Part shown: positions 38,856 to 57,300 of the stretch, piece after piece | Layout: the number at the start of each line of letters is the position of its first letter | Position numbering within the stretch: position 1 is the first letter of the stretch | Source of the DNA: Trichosphaerium sp. ATCC 40318 | Lineage: Eukaryota > Protista > Tubulinea | Reading direction: 5' to 3' | Assembly: GCA_038496445.1 (NCBI GenBank) | Contig: JALMLS010000368.1 | Coordinates: 62,001 to 126,000 of the forward strand | Length of the DNA: 64,000 nucleotides | The notes under the pieces: model-generated | Database searches by the model: none | What the model saw: only the letters and a program-made list of their open reading frames with translations | What the model was told of the DNA's origin: nothing | Translations under genes and position numbers: made by a program

Positions 38856-39216
38856 GATTGCTCAAAAAACGTTTTTATTTGTAAATAATCCGAAATAATT
38901 TACTCCAACCTCAGAATGGAGTTGACTTGCACCAGATTGTTATTTCGCAACCCTCCGCTCTCTTTTCTTTCTAAGCACTTTGTCGTATCAATAAACAAAC
39001 AGGGCTGTAGTTTATGAATTTGCAAAACTAGTCACGTGTTTGTGTTTCATTTTTATGGTACAAAAATTATTTTCTTTTTTTTTTGTCTACAGTACAAGGA
39101 GATTATATTGCAATCACTAGCTTTCTTTGTTTTTTTCTATTTGACTGTTGGTTTTTTTGGTTATGGTACAAAAAAATCAAACAAAAAGTCAAAGAAAACA
39201 GATCGCTGCGGTGGCA

Positions 39217-43442
<4,226 letters not shown>

Positions 43443-44306
43443 TTTCCATGTAGACGGCTAAAGGTGTTGCAACTACTTGTGAAACCAACTTTTCGTTTTT
43501 TCGTGAAAAAACTGCCAATTTCCCCAATTACTGTTCTTATCTTTTTAACTCTTTGCAAACGTAACTCCTTTGTCTACGCGTCGCAAACACAATGTCAACC
43601 TTGTTTCGGGTTTTTTATTGAACGTTTTTATTTCAGAAACTTTTGAACTCTCTTTGAATTCCATTCGGTTATTAGCTAGTGTTAGAACTCAGTTTCAAGT
43701 GTCTATTAGTGTACATTAAAAGTACTATTTAGTAACCTCTGCAGAGTAGATAATTATTGTAACCCAAAATACGATAACATACGGTACGGCTCGCTACAGC
43801 CGTGTGTCACGATTATTAGCGAAACGGCTTTATTTGGTAAAACGTAACCCCAGCTCAAATTGTTCGGGGTTAACGGTTAATGGATAGCACTAATAGATGC
43901 AGCGGTTGTTGCGTTAGTTTACGTGCATACCGTTTTTATAAAAAAAACGTAAAACTACACCGGTTTTATGCATAAACTGCGTCGTTGGTAACGAGCTGAG
44001 CGCTATTGCAATAACAGTAGCATGTGTATTGTACTTTGGTACGTTTTAGGCAGTTAGTTGGCGTTTGTACCTATTTTAAACAAATAACGACTGATACAAC
44101 TTATTGCGCGCTCACAAGCTCAACTACTATATGTTTGACTTTACATTGTTGTTATGAAGCAGTTTGTAAATGAATATAAACGTCTATTTTTGTATCTGAA
44201 CTTTCAGACAACTCTAAATTGTATTGTGTTTGGTTTGGTTTTTTTTTTACAGCTTTTTTTTTAATACACCCTGACGCTCCTCTCATACCTCTATATAGCT
44301 CCCTTG

Positions 44307-47300
44307 CTAAATTATCCATGAAGAATATACACGCACTAATCCAGTTGCTGTGCCTCGTATCGTTATCCAAGGAGGTAATACAGAGATGAGAGAGGATACA
44401 GCTGTTGAATGTTCTGGGCAGTTTATGTGAGATATCAAGCTCATGGCAATAGGTGCCTGAACATCATCCGATACGATCTTCATCGTCCATTCTGTCTTAC
44501 GACCCCAATACATGAATTCTTTATGATCCAGAAAATCTTGAGTTATATTGACAGCATCAATGACGACATGCATTGGCACCTGTACAAAAAAAAGAAGTTA
44601 GAGAAAAATCAAGAGGACAAAAAAAAAATAGAGTTAAAACCAAGACAACATTGTACCTTGTCTGTGAACTTGATCTGGTGAACCATAGAGTTATTTGTCC
44701 AAACTTTGAATGTAAGATCTCTTCTACCAGGTGTAGAGTCGTTCGACAACAACGTAAACACTGGTGGAGTCACTTTAGGTGCAGCAACAGGATACCTAAA
44801 TGGAGGTTGGTGAAATTCATTCAAAGTTTTGTTGAGAGTTAGAGTAACGTACTGACAATTAGAACTGTGGCTGCACGATATTTTGTCCATTGAAACATTG
44901 AGATATCGATCAAGTATTTCAACAAGATTTACTTGTACGAGCTTTGAACTAACATGCATGATGGACGTATGAAGATTCGTATTATTGGCTGGTGTCTCCC
45001 ATGACAATGGTTCTGGTATCTGGTACTCGTGGCTGATATCTAGAGGTACTGGGGATGCACTGGAGTAGGGAGCTACAAGAGCACTTCCTATAATGAGGCC
45101 AATTGATAGTACGCCAAAGATGGCTGTTAATTTCCCAAAATGACCTGCTCGCCGTGTTAGTGGTATCAAGTTTACCACAGACAGGATCGTGAGTGCAGAG
45201 CATAGTGTTGCGAAGAGAATCAAGGATTTTCCTAAACGGAATAAAAGGATTAGCCATGTGCGTCTTTCAAGGATTATGTATTGGCGTACCGGCTGATACA
45301 AACTTTAAGAGAGGTAGTGCCATACCCAAGAGCATTGTTCCTGGTACAAAACTTGAAACCAATGTGAATATAACAACCACAACGCCTAAAGAAAGAGTTA
45401 GTTCAAAATTTTTGAAGAAAAACATTGACAACAAATTCAACTTTACCGTCTGTCACTAGTAGCCATCGTCTTTTGTTTGCAAAAAATATTTTGATCTTCT
45501 CTACCTAACAAATGAGTGTAAGCAAAGGGCTTGATAAGTAGAAAAGTGATGTTGTGGGAGAGATGTTGCTTAACCATTCAGATTAAGTTATGAGTTTTTT
45601 AATTTCGTTGAAAGACCCAAAACAATGGCAACAAAAGAGTTTTTAGCTAATTTAACCGAAGAAGACCTATATTGTCCTATTTGCTATGAAATATTCTCAG
45701 ATCCAACACTAATTGGTCGTTGTAAGCTCAAAACGGGTTTTTTATCTCACTGACGCGTATTTCAGGCGGTCATACGTTCTGTAGAGGTTGTATTTATCCA
45801 TTAGTGATTAAACAACAATCTCTGTTCAAATTAAAGTGTCCAATGTGTAGACGCATGTCTATCCTACGCGTACGCCAACTTTGCTGAACCATCAAATATT
45901 TGGGAGCCTCACAGACGGTCACACATTTAAAAACTTTAGGGCGGTTCAAGAAACGGTGTAAATAACCTCAAAGCAAACGAATACATAGCAGACGTTTGTA
46001 AAAAGTGGTAGAAAAAGATTACATGCCAAAAAAGAAGCCAGAAGATGAGCCAAGGCTTAAAAATAATCTCGACTTGGATGTACTGGATTTAGGCACAGCA
46101 GATGTAAATAATGTCATAGATAGTCTGGGCAGAGCCACAGATTACTCAAACGGTTTTGGAGAGAGCATTCTTGGAGAAACGCCGGCATCTTTTTCTAAAA
46201 TTTTACAAAAACCTGGTGCTGCAGTCTTTGGCAAACAACGTCATGACAATACCTCATTCTCACCATTTGATTAAATACTCAAAAACACAAAAACCAAAAA
46301 CCGTCACGTGTACTTTAGTTGTAAAATAAAAAAACTTGCTTTTTGTCCCACACAATTTTGCGAAGTAATGAATATTCATCAGGCGTACCTCGTTTGTAAT
46401 ATAATCGAAAGCCAGTATGATGAGAAGACCAGCAAGACTGAACATGCCATAGTAGAATACGATGTATACAGAGCCATATTTGTGAGCCCAGTACACGACA
46501 GACAGGAGCAATGTTATCCAAAATAGTTGAAGACCATTTAAGTTATGTTTTTCTGCATCAAGAAGGAATATCTCATGTCTCCTTTCCCATGCCTGTATCA
46601 ACCACTGGGAAAACATGAATCCTATTGTAATAAAAATGAGTCAAACTCGTAATGACGCAAACAAATCTCATTTTTAAAGCCATACCTGTCAATGTAGGAA
46701 GAATAAACGTGAACATCCCCAAGTATGGTTGAGAGTACGTAAAGTCAGGGTTCCACCAAGATAGAATACCTGCCGCAAGTATAGAGCTCTAAGAACAACA
46801 TTTAAAAGGGTTGAAATGATGTTAAACTAACAAGTAAGTGCTTTGTTTCGTACCAGCATGCCGACAGCAGAGCTGCCAATCAATCCAAAATAAGTCATGA
46901 TTGTCCACAAAACAGGAGATTCACCTTTACTAACACGTGCTCTCCATGCTCTATACTGTTGTATGACAACGAAACCAAGAATGCAAATCTTGATCTAAAG
47001 CCGTAATTATTAATAATGTAGCACTCAACAACAAAAAAAAAATGATAAGAAAGCGTACAACTATGAGCGCAATAAAGAGATAGAACTGAAGTTCAATAGT
47101 GTACAAGGCCAATGCTATATTGTAAAAATCAAAATATACTTTATACTTATTATGGCCTGAGTATACTTTGCTTTCCGAAGCAATACCTTAAGATACACCG
47201 TTAGCTTGAGTCTCTAAATAACCAAAAAAAAGTTACTCACCATGTATCATTTGACTAAAGTCGTCTCCCAAGAATTGAATACTACCAGACTTGAACGAGC

Positions 47301-48924
47301 TAAGGGCGGGATTAAATGTGTTTTCAAGTTTGAGAATTTACCTCCAGTCGTCCTTTAGACTGTGTTTTGATTGTGTGTGATCGTAAAATGCAAAATCAAG
47401 GCCGGGGATCTTGAGTTGTTTGTAGACATTAAAGTTAGATTTTTCATCCAGTAAACCACCGCGTAGTAAGTCTCCAGCCTGTTCGAAAGTCAACACAATC
47501 GCACAACAATTCTGTTTTATATTTCAAAAAAAAAATCGTACTACAACATTGGCTTTGGGTCTGTTCGCATACTTCTTGTAGGCATGCTCTAAGAACGATC
47601 CTGATGATTGTAGTAGAGATGCTTGTTCCTTGGGAGAACTGTCCAAATTAACAAAGCCACGGACACTACAGCCACAAACGTATTAGTGAAAGAGAGCAAA
47701 AAAAAGGAAAAAAGTTTCTCCGCACTGTGCTCTGTTAGGATCACCAGACACAAATGACCGGGCTCCAAGAGATCCAGCTTCCATACCATTTGAAAATATC
47801 TAGATTGACAGCGTTAGATTTTCAGAAGAAAATCACGTGACAAGTCAACAGAAATGTAACGTACGAAAAATGTGCTATGTTCGGTTGCCGGCATATGAAG
47901 AAGATTTTGAATTAATTCTAAAGCAGTAGCAACACCAGAAGCGTCCTCATACGTCCCTTAAAATCAAAATTAAAATAACAAGATAAACGGTAAAATATTT
48001 AATACCAGGAGACAGAGTGACTGTATCATAATGAGTAGAAACAAGCAACGACTTGAGAGCCTAGAAAAAAAAAAAGTGTCAATCGGTACATTTAGAAATT
48101 TCTGCAAGAAAAGAGTTGTAAGGCGTAACTTACCTTAGAATTGGTTCCCTTGACTTCAACTACAATATTTCCTGTCTGCTCGTAACAAACCCTCTGTCCA
48201 TCATCTTCAGTACATGCCCCATCGTTTCTCTGGGCAAAGGCGATACTCCTGGAAGAGTTCTAAACGATCGAATTCGTGTCAGTGCACAAGTACAAGGTCA
48301 AACAAGAAAAATTACAATTTTTGTATTTTCTTTAAAATGTTGCCTCGTACGCTCAATAAATTTTTTAGCGTATCTATGATGTATTTCGGCGTCGTGACGT
48401 GGTTCTCGAACGATCCTATCGGGCGAGACCCAATAGTTTCTGATAAATGTCTTATAGTCTCCGCTGCACTATTTGAACGTTAGTCTGGTAGTGTACAGAA
48501 GAATGGACAAACCGTTCTTCAGAAAATAGAGATAAACTCGCAGAGGCTGGCCGAGGGTGCGGTAATTGGCTACCAGAGAGGTTTACAGATAAAACTAAGA
48601 TGACCCACATGACTGCAATAAACGAGTAGACTACAATTGTTTGTGTCTTGCGTAGGACCTTTTTGCGCTTTTCCTTCTTGATTTGAGCACTGTTAAACGA
48701 AAAGTGAGAAACCTGCTGGGTTTTATACAAAAAAAGAGATTTATGTACTCCTTATATGTTCTAGTTGCTTTGTTCGGATTATAATCTTTTACGCTATCCA
48801 TTCTATCAAAGGCGAGTTGGCCTTTTTCCGCTTCGGAAGCAAAAAACGCTTCTTCTTGCTCTTCGAGCGCATTTAAGCTGAGTAATGAAGCCCTGTCTTC
48901 ATACTCATCTAGCGTAACGTCCAT
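44307..48924 (-). CDS. ERMP1: M28-family multi-pass membrane metallopeptidase homologue (ERMP1/Pff1-like)
   Basis: FSEER, NIVVEVKG, LVSTHYDTV, IPGLDFAF, GSIQFLGDD, followed by multiple TM helices. Confidence 0.85.
45625..46274 (+). CDS. C3HC4 RING-finger protein nested antisense in an intron of the M28 gene, 3 exons
   Basis: Spliced product MATKEFL...LYCPICYEIFSDPTLIGRCGHTFCRGCI...KCPMCR...PFD*. It lies within host intron 45505-46388. Confidence 0.85.
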
Positions 48925-49312
48925 CTGATGCGTACTACAGCTGGTACAGCTTAACAACACAACAGTCGCACTTATTCACTCAAACTTAGACAAAAAACAA
49001 ACACCATCTAGACCTCTGTAAGCCGTTTACAACCCTCAAGTTGTACACTCACTTAAGGAGAAATTAGTGCTTTTAGGCGTTTTCGAAACGTTGATTTTAT
49101 AGTTCGTATAGCAACAGTGCCTTGTATTGAAATGAAAAGAGTACCTTATCTAATAACAACAAACATAGATCCGTAAGTTTCGTGCCAGATGGTCCAAAAT
49201 CTCAGATAAAATCCTGTGGATTGCAGGTCATCTGCCGTGAAATTCACGGGATCATAAATACATAGGACAATGAACTAATAGGTGCAAACACAAAGAACAG
49301 AATACAATTTTA

Positions 49313-50452
49313 TTAAAACAATGAAAAAAAGCTTTGCTTTTTTTTAAGTGCTAAAGCCCAGTCGCAACGCGGTTTAATAGTACACCCATCTTCTATAATG
49401 TCAATCGCAAAACTTCCAGCAAACATGACTGTATCATATTTAGTACCATTATCATCAACTACAACAGGTACAGTACAATAACCAGGGGTTATTTTAGACA
49501 AGTCAATAATAGGCCAATCAGATGTGATACTTAAACACCATGTCTTTTCAGATTTATTATCTCCTCGCCATATGCCGTCCTCGTCAAACGCGCAAAACAC
49601 TGTTACCCATCCACTTAAGAATGAAGGACCACTACCGCCTGCATGGCGATCACAAATGGTATTCCAAAATTTGAGATTTGGTTTTCCGGATGAAGCAGCA
49701 ACAAGTTCATCCAAAATAGGCGATAATAAGTCGTGCCACTTTTTCATTATTTTCTTATCTGAAACCTCGAATTCAAGCAGTTTATCAATCTTTTGTCGTA
49801 GCTTGATATAATCCTCAGGTGTACCAAGAAGAGTGATATTAGGAATGCCACAATCGAGGCAAAATTCATAAGAGAAATATTTCTGCATGCTTGCCATTAA
49901 GAGAACTGACGCTACTACCTTATCTGTCGGTGTTGTTGTTGTAAACTCTGGAATAACCCAAGAGCGTATTTGGTCGTCCTTCAAGTTTTTTTGCATTTCA
50001 ACTGTCATTGCTTTGGCTAATCCAGCGTAATTTGCTGTTCTAAGTGTTCCACCAGCGGTGACAACGAGTTTCTTCTTTCCAGAATGCGACACAAATTTAT
50101 CGCGTAGTGTTTCGGCGTTAGCGTTGACGTAGAGGCTGAATTGGTTTAGTATTGCCGTCCAAAAGTCGTCTGGGCGTAGAACAATATTGTGGTGATAGCA
50201 GTACGCGTCAACGATCGAGCTAACGAAGCCGTTGTTCTTCATGGCCCTAGCAGTAGGTTTTTTGGCTTCTTCAGAGCATTGAAGCACCTCCTGAAGAGGT
50301 ACGTAATCTTTGTGGCTTTTAATCTGTTTATCGCCTGCGTTACCTTGTACATACTCTTTCAAGCTAATAACGACATTGCGAAGACCAGGTGCGGTATTAG
50401 GTATCCGCACTGCTGTAGGTTTTGTATCTGCCGGCTGAAAGGTTGTGGACAT
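49313..50452 (-). CDS. DUF4419 family protein (intronless)
   Basis: NGFV...[60 protein letters not shown]. Confidence 0.88.
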   Translation of the reverse strand: MSTTFQPADTKPTAVRIPNTAPGLRNVVISLKEYVQGNAGDKQIKSHKDYVPLQEVLQCSEEAKKPTARAMKNNGFVSSIVDAYCYHHNIVLRPDDFWTAILNQFSLYVNANAETLRDKFVSHSGKKKLVVTAGGTLRTANYAGLAKAMTVEMQKNLKDDQIRSWVIPEFTTTTPTDKVVASVLLMASMQKYFSYEFCLDCGIPNITLLGTPEDYIKLRQKIDKLLEFEVSDKKIMKKWHDLLSPILDELVAASSGKPNLKFWNTICDRHAGGSGPSFLSGWVTVFCAFDEDGIWRGDNKSEKTWCLSITSDWPIIDLSKITPGYCTVPVVVDDNGTKYDTVMFAGSFAIDIIEDGCTIKPRCDWALALKKKQSFFSLF

Positions 50453-50569
50453 GTCGTTCAAGTGCAGAAGTTGTAAATATGGAACACAAAAGACAAGCAT
50501 TCCGTTAAACCGAGAACCAAAATAACAACGTGTTGCATAAAAAAAACATCAAGAAACAAGCTTTGTTCA

Positions 50570-51000
50570 CATAATGGTAAACCGGGGGATGTTTCGTTAA
50601 TCGCACTCAGAGGCGTGCAAACAATTGATATACGTGATTGCTTCCATATAAACTGCTAAGGGAAAGGCTCTCAAAGACGCATATGAAATTGGGCTCAGGC
50701 ATTCAACAAATGCGTGTCGCAAACATGTTGGGAATGTACACACTCTTCATATTTCTTGTGGACTACACATCACAGATGATGGACTTAAACCACTGATAAA
50801 TGTCAAACACTTACATTAGTTTCAGTGTTTCAAGATTACAGACTCGGGTTTTAAGAATTGTAGCAATCTTCAACATCTGGCAGTTGTTGCTTGTAGTTTG
50901 CTTACAAATCATTGTTTGAAATAATTAACTTCAAAACAATTCGTATGCTTGGCACTAATATTACAAAGGATGCTGTTGCAGCATTGGGTGTAACTTGGAA
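50570..51000 (+). pseudogene. Degenerate LRR gene remnant, same style as 23608-24600
   Basis: VHTLHISCGLHITDDGLKPLINVKHLH*FQCFKITDSGFK, with several stops and frameshifts. Confidence 0.65.
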
Positions 51001-51395
51001 CAATTCACGTGTACTTCAGTATTTAAAGCGAATACAATATTTAAATGACTAACGTTTGCAATGTGTACATACTCAACGTTATACAACTTATAATCAGAAC
51101 AGCGGGTACCTTTCCTAGATGATCTGTTAAATGAGTGGTTAAAATCAATGCACGATGCTTGTCAACTCACATTCACACGGCGCATGGCTTTAAACTCCAA
51201 TTAGGTAGATCAGTAGCAGGTGATTTGGCTGTACGATTGTGGGTACTCTAACACGTGCCTTTAATGAAACATTAATTGTATGTGTAGAGGAATAAAAGCA
51301 TGGGCAATCCGTCATAAAATTTATGATTTATTTTGTTTTTTGTTACAGTAAGAACATAATATTACATTAGTTGCAACCTTCGGGCTTGGCATGTT

Positions 51396-54300
51396 TTAAA
51401 ATCCAAAGTCAGCGCCATTGATAGTATGGCTAAACGGAGAACCTTTACAGTTGTGTCCGTTAATCTTAACTTCAATTTTATATTTGCCAGGCTCAGCATC
51501 ATAAGAAATCTCGTAGGTGCCATCTTCGTTATCGATGATATCACGTGCCAATGGTCCCTCAGGACCAAGAACACTAATTTCGACAATATCACCTCCGGTA
51601 GGAACTTGTTTTCCCTTCTTTGTGCGTGCAAGTACTTTGATTGAAACGCTTTGTTCAACAGAAAAGTCTGAGAATCCAGCGTCAGCACCGTCTTTAACAT
51701 CAACAGTGTAAGGAGATTCCTAAAGAAAAGGAGTCAGTTTAAGGAACAATTTGTTTTAAAAAAAGGGGTCATGTTAACGTACAGCTACGGTATCATCTCC
51801 AAGAGCTACAGCAATCTCGATTGGACCAACAGTAGTTGGTGTGTAAGGAACAGTATAGGTTCCATCCAAATTATCAATGACATCAACAGGTTCGTCATCA
51901 ATGGTAACGTTGAATGGAGATCCTCCCTTTTTGGTTGGGTTTCCAGCGCCATCCTTTGCTTTAATCTTAAGCTTGAGAGGCACATTTTGTTTTGCCTTAG
52001 CAGGCAGCTTGACTTTAGATTGTTCAGGGTCTACGTCAACAACATCAAGCTCAATTGGTTCACCAACTGGTGTATCGCCAAGCATGAGTTGAGCCTTAAT
52101 CGGCTTATCTGCATCTTTAGGTGCTTTCAATTCACCTTCGAAGACGCCAGGTTTGTCATCGACAGGCTCCATGCTGATAGGGTCTAAATCGCATGGACCA
52201 TCAAGAGCAATGGTCAACAAATCTGTAGGTAAATCTACAGGGTCTTCATTGATATCATCGACTTTGACCAAGATTGGGCTTGTCTTCTTTGGAACAAGAC
52301 CTGGTCTTGACACAAGGGATACCTTGAGGTCTTCAGGTTCTAATATCACGTGTTAGTATAAAAATCAAACAGCACAATAAGGGTACGTACTTGGAATAGC
52401 AGTAAAGGTCTTTGGAGAGTCACCAATATGATCTCCCGGTGTTGTATCAGGAACTGGTTCCTTGGCTTTTGGCTCATCGGTTGTTGCAGGAGCATCAGTG
52501 GCATCAGGATCTTTAGCCTTATTAACAATATCGTCTACTAGATCAGCAATATCATCTTTGAGCTCTTTGGTTTTAGGGTCGTCTCCAGCCTTTTTGGCGT
52601 CTTCCAAGTCATCGAGTTTATCCAAAAGATCTTTAGCTTCATCGACAGCATCGGAAGGAAGAACTCCAGTACTGAGTAAGTCAAGTAGAGGATCTTTCAA
52701 CTTATCAGCATCATCAGCAAGAGTGTCAACTGGCTTATCACCATCAACATCTTTTCCGAGTTTGTCCATTGCGTTTTCAAGGTCATCAACAGCATCATCT
52801 GGGTTCTTGGCATCAACTGGTTTTGCCTGTTTAAACAGTTAGATAACAATGTCAGCATTGATAACAAAAGTACCTTGTCAAGAATATCATCAATAAGATC
52901 AGCAATCTCGTCTTTGAGTTGTTTGACCTTTGGTTCATCGCCAGCTTTCTTGGCTTCATCCAAATCATCAAGTTTCTTCAAAGCATCATTGGCTGCGTCA
53001 ACAACATCAGATGGAAGTACTCCAGTCTTGATCGCGTCATCGAGAGCGTCTTTGAGCTTGTCAGTATCGGCAGAGATGGTGTCGAGTGGTTCATCAGCAT
53101 CAACGTCTTTGGATAATTTATCCATTGCATCGGCGATATTGAGAGGAGGACAATCTTTAGCCTAAAATAAAGTTAATACGCCAATAATCAACATGGTATT
53201 TTTACCTTTTTGATGTCATCAATAAGGTCGGCAAGTTCATCTTTGAGCTCCTTGGTTTTTGGATCGTCACCAGCTTCCTTGGCATCTTCCAAGTCATAGA
53301 GTTTGTCCAAAGCTTCTTTGACTTTATCAACAACGTCAGAAGGCAGAACGCCAGTGCTGAGTAAATCAAGAAGAGGATCTTTCAACTTATCAGCATCGTC
53401 TGAGATGGTGTCAACTGGTTCATCAGCATCAACATCTTTGCCGAGTTTGTCCATTGCTTTATCGATATCATCCAAAGCATCAAGACCTTTCTTGGTGGCT
53501 GGTTTGACCTGAGAATGTAATTTTAGTAAAAATGTTGCACAGGTTCAAATGTACCTTATCAGCGATATCATCAATGAGGTCAGCGAGTTCATCTTTGAGT
53601 TGTTTAACCTTTGGTTCATCGCCAGCCTTTTTAGCATCCTCCAAGTCATCAAGCTTATCTAAAGCTTCCTTGACTTTATCAACAACGTCACATGGAAGAT
53701 CTCCAGCACTGAGCAAGTCAAGTAGAGGGTCTTTCAACTTGTCAGCATCATCTGAAATTGTATCGAGTGGTTCATCAGCATCGACGTCTTTTCCGAGTTT
53801 GTCCATTGCTTTTTCGAGGTCATCTAAAGCATCACCAACATTTTTCTTGTTTGCAGGCTTTGCCTATTAAGGTTTTAGAACAATATTCATAACCGTGAAA
53901 TTGCTTGGAACATACCTTATCAACAATATCATCAACAATGTCGTCAATCTCGTCCTTGAGTTGTTTGACCTTTGGTTCATCACCAGCTTTCTTGGCTTCA
54001 TCCAAGTCGTCAAGCTTCTTCAAAGCATCATTGGCTTCATCAACAACATCAGTTGGAAGTACACCAGCCTTGATTGCATCGTTGAGAGCGTCTTTGAGCT
54101 TGTCAGTATCATCAGAGATGACATCGATTGGCTTATCAGCATCAACGTCCTTTGAAAGTTTATCCATTGGATCAGCAACACTAACAGGTGGACACTCTTT
54201 AGCCTAAAGCAGTTGTTAAGTTTTAAAGATTGAATCATTTTTGTACCTTTTTGCCAATATCGTCTATGAGGTCTGCAAGTTCATCTTTGAGCTGTTTGAC

Positions 54301-57300
54301 CTTTGGTTCATCACCGGCTTTCTTGGCATCTTCCAAGTCATCAAGTTTGTCCAATGCTTCTTTGACTTTGTCAACAACGTCAGAAGGCAGAACGCCAGTG
54401 CTGAGTAAGTCGAGAAGAGGATCTTTCAACTTGTCAGCATCGTCAGAGATTGTATCAAGTGGAGCATCAGTGTCAACATCTTTGCCGAGTTTGTCCATTG
54501 CTTTATCGATGTCATCAAGAGCATCCAAAGCCTTTTTGGCATCAGCAGGCTTGTCATTACCACCAACATTGTCGCTTGGTTTGGCCTATATCATTTTTTA
54601 GTATTTGCAGCACAATTGCATATGTTACCTTGTCAAGAATGTCTGCAACAAGATCGTCAACCTCATCCTTGAGTTGCTTAACCTTTGGTTCGTCACCAGC
54701 CTTTTTGGCATCTTCCAAATCATCGAGTTTATCCAATACTTCTTTGACTTTATCGACTGCATCAGATGGAAGAACTCCAGTGCTGAGTAAGTCGAGAAGA
54801 GGATCTTTCAACTTATCAGCATCATCTGAAAGAGTGTCAAGCGGTTTATCGCCATCAACATCTTCTCCAAGTTTATCCATTGCCTTTTCAACATCGTTGG
54901 CTGCTTTATCAGCATCTTTGGTGTCTTCAGGCTTGTTCTAGGGTAGTGTTAGGTGCTGTTTCGGAAAGCGATATCGTGTACCTTATCGAGGACATCACTA
55001 ACAATATCATCAATCTCGTCCTTGAGTTGTTTGACCTTTGGTTCGTCACCAGCTTTCTTGGCTTCATCCAAATCATCAAGTTTTTTCAAAGCATCATTGG
55101 CTTCATCAACAACATCAGATGGAAGTACTCCAGTCTTGATTGCATCATTGAGAGCATCTTTGAGCTTGTCAGTGTCATCAGAGATTACATCAATTGGCTT
55201 ATCAGCATCGATGTCTTTTGATAGTCTATCCATTGCATCAGCAATACCGACTGAAGGATTCTTCTTTGTCTGAGAAAATCAGTTAGCATTTGATCAATAA
55301 AAATAGAAAATGTACCTTATCAACAATATCATCAACGAGAGCCGCAAGTTCGTCTTTGAGTTGTTTGACCTTTGGTTCATCACCGGCCTTTTTGGCATCT
55401 TCCAAATCACCGAGTTTGTCCAAAGCTTCTTTGACTTTGTCAACAACGTCAGATGGAAGTACACCAGTGCTGAGTAAGTCAAGTAGAGGATCTTTCAACT
55501 TATCAGCATCATCAGAGATTGTGTCGACTGGCTCATCAGCATCAACATCCTTTCCGAGTTTATCCATTGCCTTTTCAATATCATTAAGAGCGTCAACTGC
55601 TTTTTTGGTGTCATCGCCCTTGTCGCTGCCATCTTCTGGTTTTTTAGTACTAGCAGGTTTGGCATCCGTCTTGGTCTTAAATCAAGTTAGTTACTTTACT
55701 ATGGGTACACAAAAATACCTTATCGACAATATCATCAATAGCATCAGCGAGGTCATCTTTGAGCTGTTTGGTTTTTGGCTCATCACCAGCCTTTTTGGCT
55801 TCATCCAAATCATCAAGCTTTTTCAAAGCATCATTGGCTGCATCAACAACATCAGATGGAAGTACTCCAGTCTTGATTGCGTCATTGAGAGCGTCTTTGA
55901 GCTTGTCAGTGTCATCAGAGATAACATCGAGTGGTTTATCAGCATCAACATCTTTGGATAATTTATCCATTGCATCAGCAAGGCTATCGACTGGATCGAC
56001 ATTTGATTTGGCCTGTATAATTTTTAGTAACGCTAACTTGTGTAGTCTAAGTACCTTGTTAAGAATGTCATCAATGAGATCAGCAACTTCATCCTTGAGT
56101 TGTTTGACCTTTGGTTCATCACCAGCCTTTTTAGCATCTTCCAAATCATCGAGTTTATCCAATACTTCTTTGACTTTATCGACTGCATCAGATGGAAGAA
56201 CTCCAGTACTGAGTAAGTCGAGGAGAGGATCTTTCAACTTATCAGCATCGTCTGAGAGAGTGTCAAGCGGTTTATCGCCATCAACATCTTCTCCAAGTTT
56301 ATCCATTGCCTTTTCAACATCGTTGGCTGCTTTATCAGCATCTTTGGTGTCTTCAGGCTTGTTCTAAGAATACGTTAGAAGTTGTGTAGATGGCAAAAAA
56401 TAAAGTAAATCGAGTACCTGGGCGAGGATATCATCAACTGGATCAGCAATCTCATCTTTGAGCTGTTTGACCTTTGGTTCATCACCAGCTTTCTTTGGCT
56501 TCATCCAAGTCATCAAGTTTCTTCAAAGCATCATTGGCTGCATCTACAACATCAGATGGAAGTACTCCAGTCTTGATTGCATCGTTGAGAGCATCTTTGA
56601 GCTTGTCAGTATCGCCAGAGATGGTGTCAAGCGGTTTATCAGCATCAACATCTTTGGACAATTTATCCATTGCATCAGCAATACCGACTGAAGGATTCTT
56701 CTTTGTCTGAGAATCCAGTTAGAGTTTGATAATAAAATAAGAAAGTGTACCTTATCGACAATGTCGTCAATGAGTGCTGCAAGTTCGTCTTTGAGTTGTT
56801 TGACCTTTGGTTCATCGCCGGCCTTTTTGGCATCTTCCAAATCACCAAGTTTGTCCAAAGCTTCTTTGACTTTGTCGACAACATCAGAAGGAAGAACACC
56901 AGTGCTGAGCAAGTCGAGAAGTGGATCTTTCAACTTATCAGCATCATCTGAGATCGTGTCAAGTGGTTCATCAGCATCAACATCTTTGCCGAGTTTATCC
57001 ATTGCTTTTTCAATATCATTAAGAGCGTCAACTGCTTTTTTGGCATTATCGGCGTTGTTATCAGGTGCGTCGTTTTCTTGAGAATCATCTGGAGACAATT
57101 TGATAGATATTTCAGTCTTACCAGGGTTCTCAGGAGTAAATTCACCAGCGTATGTGCCATCACCTTTGTCCTCGAGAGGAGTAGCGACACCATCAAGAGT
57201 AACAACAAAGTTATCACCACCTGACGTTCTTGGCTTGCCTTCATCATCCTTTGCAATTACAACAAAAGGGAAAGGTTTGCCAACAATGACAAGTGAAAAG

